Source: a virus (taxonomy: Duplodnaviria; Caudoviricetes). Taken from it: 64,000 bases of DNA. Below the pieces are notes generated by a model that was not told the origin of the DNA, did not search any database, and saw nothing but the letters and a program-made list of their open reading frames with translations. The stretch lies in the IMG/VR virus record IMGVR_UViG_3300042367_000196, positions 1,998 to 65,997 of that record. The stretch is one strand, 5' to 3'. A program made the translations under genes and the position numbers. How positions within the stretch are numbered: position 1 is the stretch's first letter; each line of letters starts with the position of its first letter. Positions 1 to 8,339 of the stretch are shown here, piece after piece.

Positions 1-975
1 AAAGATGCTATCAAAATTTGGAAGGCCAACTTGAAATCCGGGCTTAAACCCATTGCGAACAAAGTCCGTAACTTCATCTTCGAGATCCCTGAATGTAACA
101 ACGTTCTCGAGTGGAACCGGCTTTGATCTTGCAATTCTTTGTGATAATTTTTCTTTGCCATACTTTAATAAATATTCGTTTGCGTCTTTGCAGTCATCGA
201 AGCTTGCAATATAACAAACTTCTGATCCTAACCTTCTAACTAACTCTGTTTGCAGAGCTTGTCCAGCTTCGTCAGAATCAACTGCTAATATTATTTTTGT
301 TTTATCTTCGAAATAATCTATACAGTTATCTAAGTAATCAAGATTATTATTATTAAGTGTTGCGCCATTAGGCACTGATATTGCATTGGTTATACCTGCT
401 TCATGTAACGCTAACACGTCCATTTCACCTTCAACAATCACACAATATTCATATCCTACGATGCTATTTATATTATAGAATACTTTTTCGGCTCCCTTAA
501 ATAACTTAAAGTTTTTTCTGCCATCTCTATACTTGACATTAATTAATTGATCGCCAATGTAATAGTTAAAATTAATTGTGTTTTCTACTTTGCTAGTTTG
601 AGGCATAAACTCTTGGCTCTCAGAAATTCCTAATTCATAAAGTGTTTCTTTAGAAATTCCTCTGTTGTTAAACCAATTTATTACTGGTTCACTGATTTGC
701 ATTTCCTCAACTTGCTCTTTCTGTGGTGGTTTTACATAAACTTTTTCACTTGTACCTTTTCTTTGATAGGTATGCATCTGAAAAGTTTTGTTACAGTTAT
801 GACAAGTACCAATACCGCGCTCCCAATCATAACTAGCACATTTCGCTTTTTTGTGTTCGCCTTTTCTATCAGCAGAACATAGCGGGCATATACCTTGTGT
901 CTTACCCTCTTCAAGCTTGTATTGATTAAAATTGTCAATTTGAAATCCGTTGATCTCGTGTGTCTCTACATTCAT
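1..975 (-). CDS. T7 gp4/Twinkle-like primase-helicase, N-terminal part (runs off the left edge; missing from the ORF track)
   Basis: Manual translation from ATG at 975: MNVETHEINGF...CPLCS...CHNC (Zn finger), VIVEGEMDVLAL and ILAVDSDEAG...CKDANEYL (TOPRIM motifs); frame is open to position 1. Confidence 0.9.
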   Translation of the reverse strand, partial: MNVETHEINGFQIDNFNQYKLEEGKTQGICPLCSADRKGEHKKAKCASYDWERGIGTCHNCNKTFQMHTYQRKGTSEKVYVKPPQKEQVEEMQISEPVINWFNNRGISKETLYELGISESQEFMPQTSKVENTINFNYYIGDQLINVKYRDGRKNFKLFKGAEKVFYNINSIVGYEYCVIVEGEMDVLALHEAGITNAISVPNGATLNNNNLDYLDNCIDYFEDKTKIILAVDSDEAGQALQTELVRRLGSEVCYIASFDDCKDANEYLLKYGKEKLSQRIARSKPVPLENVVTFRDLEDEVTDFVRNGFKPGFQVGLPNFDSIF

Positions 976-1022
976 AGGAAAAATTTAATTTGATTTAGTT
1001 AATGCGTATTAAATATAATGCG

Positions 1023-1030
1023 CTAAGATA
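1023..1030 (-). promoter_or_regulatory. Candidate host-type Bacteroidota -7 promoter element (TATCTTAG)
   Basis: One mismatch to TAnnTTTG, about 48 nt upstream of the primase-helicase ATG. Confidence 0.45.
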
Positions 1031-1083
1031 CAAAAAATAACTTAACGCATTACATATAATATAAAATTTATAATACTATAAAT

Positions 1084-1401
1084 TTAGAAAGGCAAATCAT
1101 CAAGTACTTCTGCTGGTGCTTGCGCTGGCCTAGCTTGTTGTTGTCCATCTGCTCTTGGTGCAACGTCTACATTTGCTCCGTTAGTCCAAACAACTTTTAC
1201 ATTTCCAAGATATACTTTAGCAGCTTTTGCCTCACGTTCTTCTTTAGACTGTTCAACCATTACTGGTCCTTGATTACCAAACTGGTCAACCTCGTCATTT
1301 AATGTAATTGTAATTGGTAAATACTTTCCTTTTTTGCCGTCAATAATTTTGTGCTTAGGAATGTCGTTCAAGTTAATACTTGTTTTAATAATTGATGCCA
1401 T
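1084..1401 (-). CDS. Putative single-stranded DNA-binding protein
   Basis: Small beta-rich protein with flexible tail ending in acidic DDLPF; lies next to SSAP, exonuclease and primase genes. Confidence 0.65.
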   Translation of the reverse strand: MASIIKTSINLNDIPKHKIIDGKKGKYLPITITLNDEVDQFGNQGPVMVEQSKEEREAKAAKVYLGNVKVVWTNGANVDVAPRADGQQQARPAQAPAEVLDDLPF

Positions 1402-1415
1402 AGTGTTTAATTTAA

Positions 1416-2147
1416 TTAAAGTGTTTTAGTTAATAAATATTGTTGTGGATCAAAGTCCTCTGTTTTATAAAATAATTTGTAAGCATCTATTGCGAGCTTA
1501 ACTTTATCTTCGCCGCCCTGTAGAAATCTATCAGAGCAGTCGAAGATACCAATTTGATGAGTCTTCTTATCTATAGCTATAAAAACTAAATCGTAACCAA
1601 ACAATTTCTTATAAATATAAGCTTGACTATCATAATTATATTTTTTTGCAGAGTAACTAAATCCTGATAAATCTGATGTTGTCTTTAAATCAACGATTAA
1701 GCCTTCATCGTGATTAATTATATCAGCTTTACCTTTCCACATTACCCCGTCTATTTCTACAATACCAGGTACTTCATACTCAACATTGAATCCTCGGATA
1801 AGACTTTCGCATATTTTGTTACTTAACATTTTATCCTTCAGTAGTTCGATATTGTCAACTTCGTGTTGCAATAAACAAATCTCGCCGCCTGATAACTCCT
1901 TGTAAACGTTAGTGTTACGAGTCGTTGTGTTAATAATCTTATACTTATTTAACTTATCTGGTTCCAATATAGCGGTATGAAAATATCCGCCTATTGCAAA
2001 ATTAGGATTTGGAGGCTGTGGTGCATTCATTAATAAAGGGTTAGTCAATAACGCATCTATATTTGAATTGCTTAAAAATTGCTTTCCAAAATCACCGTAG
2101 TAATGTTCGTCTTCTTTTAGTTTATCTAAAATTTCTTTTTTATCCAT
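1416..2147 (-). CDS. PD-(D/E)XK RecE/exonuclease VIII-like nuclease (DUF3799-like)
   Basis: GGYFHTAILEP, KGKADII, IVDLKTT and YNYDSQAYIY motifs; paired with ERF. Confidence 0.85.
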   Translation of the reverse strand: MDKKEILDKLKEDEHYYGDFGKQFLSNSNIDALLTNPLLMNAPQPPNPNFAIGGYFHTAILEPDKLNKYKIINTTTRNTNVYKELSGGEICLLQHEVDNIELLKDKMLSNKICESLIRGFNVEYEVPGIVEIDGVMWKGKADIINHDEGLIVDLKTTSDLSGFSYSAKKYNYDSQAYIYKKLFGYDLVFIAIDKKTHQIGIFDCSDRFLQGGEDKVKLAIDAYKLFYKTEDFDPQQYLLTKTL

Positions 2148-2724
2148 TGATCATTTTTTTAAGAGCTTCAACAGCTTTAGGATCAACATCGTACTTGTTT
2201 AATATTGTATCTAATGTTGTTTGATCTTTAACATAAGCTTTAGCTTTTTCAAAAGTATCAGAGTCTAAAGTAATTTTTACTTTTTGTTTAGCGCTCGGTG
2301 GTGGCGTACCATGATCAGGATCTTGAGTGTCGTCAATCAAGAACAGATTACCAAGGGCATATTTTTTACCGTAACTTGATGCTGAACCAAACTTTTGAGG
2401 CATTTGCATACCTTTTTGATCAAGATCGACGCCAACAATAGCTTCAGCTTGTATAGCATTAGTGCCATCACTAATTGTAGCGGTAGATTCTATAATTGGA
2501 AAATCACTATAATCGTTTAACAGTCTTTCGCTAACTGTTACTGATACGCCAAGACGTAATAGGAACGGTTTGGTTGCTTCAAGAATATCTTCTGCAGATC
2601 TAAAGTTATACTTACCAAATGAATTAAATCTAGATTTCTTAGACTTAAACTCTGTTTGGATTATTGCTAACTTTTCATTAAGCGTAAAGTCTCTCTCTAA
2701 CACTTCTTCTTTTTTTGTTGCCAT
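2140..2724 (-). CDS. ERF-family single-strand annealing protein
   Basis: YNFRSAEDIL and QKFGSASSYGKKYALGNLFLI...DPD signature. Confidence 0.9.
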   Translation of the reverse strand: MATKKEEVLERDFTLNEKLAIIQTEFKSKKSRFNSFGKYNFRSAEDILEATKPFLLRLGVSVTVSERLLNDYSDFPIIESTATISDGTNAIQAEAIVGVDLDQKGMQMPQKFGSASSYGKKYALGNLFLIDDTQDPDHGTPPPSAKQKVKITLDSDTFEKAKAYVKDQTTLDTILNKYDVDPKAVEALKKMING

Positions 2725-2741
2725 ATAATTAATTTAATTTG

Positions 2742-3491
2742 TTACAAATAATCTAATACTTGATCTGGATGAACATTTGCTATTAAACAATCAATTGCCT
2801 CTTTTTTAATTTGTGATACAATAACTGCTGCTGTTGGAACATTTAGACCAATATAAGCCGCAATGTCTTTAGCTGAATGTTTATTACAATCAAGACCGTA
2901 TGACATTCTTAGTACATCGTATTGACGCTTGTTTAAATGCTCTTGCATGATTCCTAATAGATAAACGTTAATCAGATCTATATTATATTTTTTAGCTTCA
3001 TCTGGAAGCTGAAACGCAAAACTTGATTCTTCTGTTTGATCATCATCATAACTAGTAAACACACTGTTAAAGAATAAAGCAACTTTTGATTCATCATCTG
3101 GGTTACGCCTGATCTCATTTAACTTATGCTCTGGCAATTTAATATCCCCTCGATTAATATCGATGGCTCTACGTATTGCGCCCTTAATTCGTTTACTCAA
3201 AAAGCTTTTCAATGTTTGCTCTATGTTTTCAGAATCGTTTAATTGATTCCAATCTAACCTATCAACTGCTGACACTAAGCCTACTGATCCTTCTTGTATT
3301 AAATCTGTAATATCTAATACTCCAGAAGCTTGTTGTGATGTTGAAAACTTTCTTGCTAGATTCTCTACAAGAGGAAGAAACTTAATTATAAGTTCGTCTC
3401 TAGTGTATGCACTCCATTCTTTATCATCTGGCATACTTTTTTTGACGTCTTCCTTGTAGGTAATATAATTTTTTACATTATATTTTTTCAT
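2742..3491 (-). CDS. Phage-encoded sigma-70 family RNA polymerase sigma factor
   Basis: Region 2: FLPLVENLARKF...DLIQEGSVGLVSAVDRLD...FLSKRIKGAIRRAI; region 4-like: LNKRQYDVLRMSYGL...SAKDIAAYIG. Confidence 0.88.
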   Translation of the reverse strand: MKKYNVKNYITYKEDVKKSMPDDKEWSAYTRDELIIKFLPLVENLARKFSTSQQASGVLDITDLIQEGSVGLVSAVDRLDWNQLNDSENIEQTLKSFLSKRIKGAIRRAIDINRGDIKLPEHKLNEIRRNPDDESKVALFFNSVFTSYDDDQTEESSFAFQLPDEAKKYNIDLINVYLLGIMQEHLNKRQYDVLRMSYGLDCNKHSAKDIAAYIGLNVPTAAVIVSQIKKEAIDCLIANVHPDQVLDYL

Positions 3492-3508
3492 CTTAAATAG
3501 TTTATTCT

Positions 3509-3516
3509 CAAAGATA
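3509..3516 (-). promoter_or_regulatory. Host-type Bacteroidota -7 promoter element (TATCTTTG)
   Basis: Exact TAnnTTTG match 17 nt upstream of the sigma-factor ATG; the -33 TTTG is not clearly present. Confidence 0.6.
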
Positions 3517-3556
3517 CTACTATTTAATTTAACTTATGCTAAAATTTTGCTAAAGT

Positions 3557-3754
3557 TTATCTATTTTGTTTTATATTATTTTTCCACTCTATCCAAAAGC
3601 CGGTGGCCACCAATATGCTCATTCCGCATGATGCAATTATTTCGTGTATATCTTGATATATATTTAAAGTTAAATGCACATGCCCAACAACCCAAAAAGG
3701 AACCGATAAATTACTTGATACCCAAGTTATAAAAAATATTATAAATCGTTTCAT
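3557..3754 (-). CDS. Small hydrophobic hypothetical protein
   Basis: ORF track; co-oriented; overlaps the upstream gene by 4 nt. Confidence 0.6.
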   Translation of the reverse strand: MKRFIIFFITWVSSNLSVPFWVVGHVHLTLNIYQDIHEIIASCGMSILVATGFWIEWKNNIKQNR

Positions 3755-4026
3755 ATAAAAAATGGTCTAATTGTTAATACTCCTACACTAAAACCTAAAG
3801 CAAATGCAGACGCTATTAAAAATCTGCCAAAAAATGTTTTAACTTCTATTGTAAAGTGATTCATTGGTAAACATAAAAACGGGTTTATAAACACCATTCC
3901 AACCATGCCATACCAATTCTTATCCATTAAAAATCTAAAGCTTGCAATACTATTTGCTTCTAATGCTATTGCTGACACAAAGACTATTAATAGTTTCCAC
4001 CATGTTATTTTGTCTTTTAATTTCAT
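3751..4026 (-). CDS. Small membrane protein (about 3 TM segments)
   Basis: Hydrophobic segments; translationally coupled to its neighbours. Confidence 0.65.
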   Translation of the reverse strand: MKLKDKITWWKLLIVFVSAIALEANSIASFRFLMDKNWYGMVGMVFINPFLCLPMNHFTIEVKTFFGRFLIASAFALGFSVGVLTIRPFFI

Positions 4027-4700
4027 AACTCAAATATATTACCATTACTAGTTAGTTTGCCAAACTTACCATCTGTTACTACTGATCCATTACTAAATAT
4101 AGTTTGCTTGTCCCCAAATTTTAAAGTTCCTGCATTTATAATATCTTTATTACTATGTATATGTCCAAATAAAGATAATTTTGGTTCTATTTCAAATATT
4201 CTATTTAATAATGATTTGTCACCACACATTTCCATTAAGTTATCCCTATCATAAGATTTATCAAGAGCTCCTTTTGGTGGGCCATGTGTAACCACAATAT
4301 CAACATAGTCCTCAATAGCTAATCTCCAAAATCTTTCTAATTTTGTTCTATCCTTCATAAATGCCCAATTACCAAATTGTGGTGTATGAGGAGATCCAAA
4401 GATTTTAATACCATCAATAGTTATATAATCATTCTCTAAGTATATAATACCATTATCTTCAAAATCTTGTTTTGTAACTAATCTTTTTTCAATAGACGTG
4501 TCATGATTACCTGCTACATAAATTTTGTTTTTAATTGACAGTTCTTTGTACCAATCAATAAATTCTCTAACTTCAGGCTCATTATTATACGGATCTCTAG
4601 GATTGCTGCAATCTCCAGAATGTATTACTGTATCAATTCCATTAGGAATTTTTAATAAATCATGATATGTATGTGTATCTGATATGTGCCAAATTTTCAT
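4023..4700 (-). CDS. Calcineurin-like metallophosphoesterase
   Basis: ISDTH, HSGD, AGNHD, THGPP and FGHIH motifs. Confidence 0.92.
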   Translation of the reverse strand: MKIWHISDTHTYHDLLKIPNGIDTVIHSGDCSNPRDPYNNEPEVREFIDWYKELSIKNKIYVAGNHDTSIEKRLVTKQDFEDNGIIYLENDYITIDGIKIFGSPHTPQFGNWAFMKDRTKLERFWRLAIEDYVDIVVTHGPPKGALDKSYDRDNLMEMCGDKSLLNRIFEIEPKLSLFGHIHSNKDIINAGTLKFGDKQTIFSNGSVVTDGKFGKLTSNGNIFEL

Positions 4701-5311
4701 AAGTCTCTATTTAATAATTCTTTTTCTTTTTTAAGATCTGCGCCCATGTTTCTATGTATGGTTCTTGTTGAACAACCTAAACGTTCTGCTAGTTTTGCAA
4801 TAGTTATTTTTTCGCCAGCATCGATCGTGTATAGCATTGCATCGTATATCTCTGATTCAGATAATTTCTTTTTGCCAACTATTTGACCGACTATTGATAA
4901 CTTCTCATTTACATTTAATCTACAGTTATCTTTGAATATAACCTTACGTAACTTATTTGGAGGCGGTGTATCTAAGTCTTTCATACTAACCTCATAAACA
5001 ATGCTATTAATTAAGCCGTAAGGCATATCAAATGTAACAAACCCATTAGTCTTATCAGATATAAATTTAGCTATCTGTAAGAAGCTATCTTGATCTAGCT
5101 GATGGTTTAAATACCACAACACATATAGATGCCATTTAAGAGACTTATAAGTATTTATTAAAGCTTTACTTCTGAATAAAGAATAACATTCAAATGTACC
5201 ATTCTCATAATAATAACCCCAATCATAAATAATAGTAGGTTTATCTGTGATAGGATTGCGATGGTATATTATCCTGTGTTTATGTAAATATTCTATTCTT
5301 CTGTGTGACAT
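4697..5311 (-). CDS. DNA-binding protein with C-terminal helix-turn-helix (candidate regulator or replication initiator)
   Basis: C-terminal ITIAKLAERLGCSTRTIHRNM HTH; start codon lies inside an inverted-repeat site found three times. Confidence 0.7.
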   Translation of the reverse strand: MSHRRIEYLHKHRIIYHRNPITDKPTIIYDWGYYYENGTFECYSLFRSKALINTYKSLKWHLYVLWYLNHQLDQDSFLQIAKFISDKTNGFVTFDMPYGLINSIVYEVSMKDLDTPPPNKLRKVIFKDNCRLNVNEKLSIVGQIVGKKKLSESEIYDAMLYTIDAGEKITIAKLAERLGCSTRTIHRNMGADLKKEKELLNRDL

Positions 5312-5350
5312 TAGCTGTTTATTATATTTAATTAAGACCCTATTGTCGCA
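5305..5350. repeat. Inverted-repeat site copy 1: GTGACATTAGC-N24(AT-rich)-CTATTGTCGCA
   Basis: Near-identical arms recur at 11809-11854 and, inverted, at 14241-14285. Confidence 0.85.
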
Positions 5351-5436
5351 TACTGTATTTCAGTTTTCGCTTTCGCTTTTACAATGTACACCAGATTAAT
5401 TCTTGATCATCATTATTTATATGCAACTCTTCGTTA

Positions 5437-5712
5437 TTATTTTTTTCCATTTAATAACTTATCTATTTGTTCTTGTAATCCCTTAATGGCTTCGAAGTTA
5501 TCTGTTTTTATACACCTATCTATTTGGTCTTCAAGGTCTTTTATTTGTGCTTCAATACTAACGTCAGCATTATTATATTCTATAGTTATGTCATAATCCG
5601 GCCCTGCATTCTTAGCTAGCTCTTCCATAAACTTAGCGTCATACGCTGCTTGCTTTATTATTAGTTTATCTACAATAATGTCCGCTAATCTGTGCATTTC
5701 TTTTTCCGTCAT
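5437..5712 (-). CDS. Hypothetical protein with C-terminal UVR (UvrB/UvrC-type) coiled-coil motif
   Basis: LEDQIDRCIKTDNFEAIKGLQEQIDKL resembles the UVR pattern. Confidence 0.55.
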   Translation of the reverse strand: MTEKEMHRLADIIVDKLIIKQAAYDAKFMEELAKNAGPDYDITIEYNNADVSIEAQIKDLEDQIDRCIKTDNFEAIKGLQEQIDKLLNGKK

Positions 5713-5715
5713 AAT

Positions 5716-6021
5716 TTATTTTTTATAAGTATATTCATTAGTTAATAAGTCGTATAGGCTTTTTATGTCATAAGCTATTTCGTTTTTGTTTTCGTCCCAA
5801 GCTTTTAGATCTTCACGTGTGCCAAAATCTTTTTCATACATAAACCAATCAATCCAATCAGCACCTTCATCACCAAAGATAATTTTTAATAAGTTTTCTA
5901 TGATAGAATGTAAGCCATCAGTAACCTGTGTTATGTCTATTCCGTGAGAGTACAGTATATTTGCATGGTCATGCGTCTTTTGCAAATTTAGTATTATTCT
6001 TTCAAAGTTTTCGTATGTCAT
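5716..6021 (-). CDS. Hypothetical protein
   Basis: ORF track; tightly packed and co-oriented; DWIDWFMYE motif. Confidence 0.7.
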   Translation of the reverse strand: MTYENFERIILNLQKTHDHANILYSHGIDITQVTDGLHSIIENLLKIIFGDEGADWIDWFMYEKDFGTREDLKAWDENKNEIAYDIKSLYDLLTNEYTYKK

Positions 6022-6032
6022 AGTTTTTTTTA

Positions 6033-6221
6033 TTAATTTTTATTTGGATCATCAGTTAACTCAGCTGCTAACTCAATTATATATTGATCTATAGTTACTG
6101 GTTGCCAGCCACTTGCAATTAGCATGCCTTTAAATGCGTCAAATATTTGGGTAAGATCAACGTCCATGTTATGAAATTCCGTTGTAAACATTTCATATTG
6201 TTTTTCTATTCTAATTATCAT
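6033..6221 (-). CDS. Hypothetical protein
   Basis: ORF track; co-oriented. Confidence 0.65.
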   Translation of the reverse strand: MIIRIEKQYEMFTTEFHNMDVDLTQIFDAFKGMLIASGWQPVTIDQYIIELAAELTDDPNKN

Positions 6222-6223
6222 GA

Positions 6224-6406
6224 TTAATTATTTTCGTTGTGATATATAGTTCTTGTAATTTGTTCTAAATAAAAGTCACTAAGGTCCCATTCGTTCGTTA
6301 AAGATTCTTTAATAAACCTTAATTTGTTAGCTATAAAAACGTTTTCCAATACGTCCAAAGTGTATATACATTTGTCAAGTTCTTCAATTATTTGTGATTT
6401 ATTCAT
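6224..6406 (-). CDS. Hypothetical protein
   Basis: ORF track; co-oriented. Confidence 0.6.
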   Translation of the reverse strand: MNKSQIIEELDKCIYTLDVLENVFIANKLRFIKESLTNEWDLSDFYLEQITRTIYHNENN

Positions 6407-6656
6407 AAGTGTAACAGTCTGCGGTTAATAAATGATCTCCAAATTCTAATTCTATAACTGGTGTAGCCCAATAACTACTTTTTATACCAGCAATTCGTGT
6501 ATCTTTTTTTAATTTTACTAAATATTTATTGTTAGACCATATAGTTTCAGCTGTCCAGCTCCAATCTTCTTTCATGCCGAGGGACACATGTTTAAGATCT
6601 TGGTCTTTATATTTTTCTATTAATTCTTTAGCTTTTTTATAATTATATACTTTCAT
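6399..6656 (-). CDS. Hypothetical protein
   Basis: ORF track; co-oriented. Confidence 0.7.
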   Translation of the reverse strand: MKVYNYKKAKELIEKYKDQDLKHVSLGMKEDWSWTAETIWSNNKYLVKLKKDTRIAGIKSSYWATPVIELEFGDHLLTADCYTYE

Positions 6657-6657
6657 T

Positions 6658-7098
6658 TTATTTGTCTTTTAAGTGAGCTTTACCAATTTCGTAATATTTT
6701 TTGTAGCCGTCAACAGCATCAGCCATTTTGTATTCGTCAGGCATGCATTGTGGTGGATCGCAAAAATCGACAGCGTGTATAGCAGACGGTATTTTAGACA
6801 ATACGTCGCGACACTTTTCAATAGTTAAATGCTTTTTGCCATAGCGTCTAGTATATTCAGCACCAAGAGCTAGCATATATTCGTAGCACCATAAATAGTT
6901 TGCGCGTGATGATCGTACCCATACGGCAGATGGATGGTTCATGTGTGTTTTCTTATAAGGTACATCATCAGGATTACCAGATAAGTGATGAGCTGTACAA
7001 AGTAATTGTGCCGCCTCTAATATCATTTTAACAACATGTTTGTTGTAGTGTTGTCGTGCTGCTTTTACAGGGTCACGATCTAAATAAAATATATTCAT
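6658..7098 (-). CDS. Pyrimidine-dimer DNA glycosylase (T4 DenV/Pyr_excise)-like protein
   Basis: MNIFYLD...HVVKMILEAAQLLCTAH...HMNHPSAVWVR...EYTRRYGKKH...PPQCMPDEYK family signature. Confidence 0.8.
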   Translation of the reverse strand: MNIFYLDRDPVKAARQHYNKHVVKMILEAAQLLCTAHHLSGNPDDVPYKKTHMNHPSAVWVRSSRANYLWCYEYMLALGAEYTRRYGKKHLTIEKCRDVLSKIPSAIHAVDFCDPPQCMPDEYKMADAVDGYKKYYEIGKAHLKDK

Positions 7099-7123
7099 GA
7101 TTAAATTGTTTAGTTACATTATT

Positions 7124-7153
7124 ATTATCGTTTTGCTATCGTATTTGATATGC
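7124..7153 (-). promoter_or_regulatory. Phage-specific promoter-like motif, copy 1
   Basis: RCA-N4-WAAWACGA-N9-GATAAT on minus strand, upstream of the 7098 ATG. Confidence 0.75.
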
Positions 7154-7158
7154 GTTAG

Positions 7159-7290
7159 TAGTCAGGGCAGGATTCGAACCTGCATTTATACCACCATATA
7201 ACTTACTGATTCCACAGACGAGCCACGTGTTACTCTCATTATATGTGCGTTACCACGCCAGAGACATCCCTAGCCTTCCGCCACCTGACT
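7159..7290 (-). ncRNA. tRNA-like RNA with D-loop hairpin insertion and expanded anticodon arm (no assignable anticodon)
   Basis: Acceptor stem AGTCAGG/CCTGACT plus discriminator A; T-arm GCAGG-TTCGAAT-CCTGC; D-arm TGGCGGAA...TGGTAACGC; stem CATATAA/TTATATG enclosing 37 nt; CCA not encoded. Confidence 0.75.
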
Positions 7291-7293
7291 TAT

Positions 7294-7382
7294 GTTGATT
7301 TGCAACCCGGTTAAATTCTTTATTTGCAATTCGACTACAACCAAACTTAGCGGAATAAATTTACATAGCCCCAGAAATCAAC
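7294..7382 (-). ncRNA. Candidate structured RNA directly upstream of the tRNA-like RNA
   Basis: 8-bp closing stem GTTGATTT/AAATCAAC with internal complementary segments. Confidence 0.4.
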
Positions 7383-7397
7383 GTTGTGTTGTTAGAA

Positions 7398-8003
7398 TTA
7401 ATGAAATATTAATCCTACTTTGTTAGTGTTGTTAAACCATTTTGTAGCCATAAGATCAACGCTTGATGCGTCAGTATATCCAGCCTCTTGCAATGCAAAT
7501 GAGGTAGAGAATATTTTAGTATGTCTATGTTTTAATGGGTTGATCAAACTTTTTTGTTTGCCTGAATCGCTGAAGATTACGTCGTAATTATCTGGCAATG
7601 AGGTGTTTAAAAACATTTCGATCATATTGGTGTAACTGTAAAACCGCACGTTCGGATTGTGTATAGCAATCTCGATCCACTTATCAAGATATGCTTTTGA
7701 ATAGTAATCACCGCTATCGTGTACCCGTACGTAATCTGGTTTTTTTGATTGAATCTCAGCATTCATAGCGGATATGAAATCGTCAGTCTTAGTTAGTTCG
7801 TAACGCTTTTCAAACGCAGGTTTTACGTTGCCCCAAATATATGCGCCTTTCTTAGCATAACAGAATTTAACGCATTCGTCAGCCATAGGGCATGTTAATT
7901 TACCGCTTGCCGACTTGTATGCGGGAATACCAAAGTTAAATACTCTAAGAGATAAAGCTTTACTAGTCTTTTTTAATTTGCTGTTTTGTGTAAGTAGGTT
8001 CAT
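7398..8003 (-). CDS. Gene product 88 (GP88)-like protein with a radical-SAM-like Cys cluster
   Basis: NSKLKK, TCPMADECVKFCYA, RVHDSGDYY and FYSYT motifs. Confidence 0.8.
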   Translation of the reverse strand: MNLLTQNSKLKKTSKALSLRVFNFGIPAYKSASGKLTCPMADECVKFCYAKKGAYIWGNVKPAFEKRYELTKTDDFISAMNAEIQSKKPDYVRVHDSGDYYSKAYLDKWIEIAIHNPNVRFYSYTNMIEMFLNTSLPDNYDVIFSDSGKQKSLINPLKHRHTKIFSTSFALQEAGYTDASSVDLMATKWFNNTNKVGLIFH

Positions 8004-8020
8004 ATTATTTTGTTTAATTT

Positions 8021-8050
8021 ATTATCAATTTGTTGTCGTATTAATTATGC
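8021..8050 (-). promoter_or_regulatory. Phage-specific promoter-like motif, copy 2
   Basis: Same tripartite motif with identical spacing, upstream of the 8003 ATG. Confidence 0.75.
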
Positions 8051-8052
8051 GA

Positions 8053-8328
8053 CTATTGCACATTAAGTGTAACTCCGTATGCTTTAACTTTTAGTAGGCG
8101 ATCGATGTTAATTGTGCGCCAGCCGTCGTCTTTCATTGAGAATACAACAATGTTATTGCGCGATTCTGCATTATACTTTAAGCCGTTACCGTTAACGTAC
8201 TTGCGCACGCCAAGTCTCGCGACCATTTTACGTTCTGCACCGTTGTCTTTAATAAATGTTACGCTAAATAACATTCCGTTGTTGCCAACAAATTCTCTAA
8301 AATCTTGTACTGTTTTAATTGTTTTCAT
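8053..8328 (-). CDS. SH3/WYL_2-like beta-barrel protein
   Basis: FSVTFIKDNGAERKM...DGWRTINIDRL pattern. Confidence 0.65.
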   Translation of the reverse strand: MKTIKTVQDFREFVGNNGMLFSVTFIKDNGAERKMVARLGVRKYVNGNGLKYNAESRNNIVVFSMKDDGWRTINIDRLLKVKAYGVTLNVQ

Positions 8329-8339
8329 ATATATAATTT

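Noticed and set aside
697-938. ORF-track entries 697-882 (+) and 732-938 (-)
   Set aside because: They are shadow frames of the primase-helicase gene (1-975, minus strand).
7159-7290. Calling this element a standard tRNA-Leu/Ser or a tmRNA
   Set aside because: There is no 7-nt anticodon loop, no G3:U70 alanine identity and no tag reading frame.
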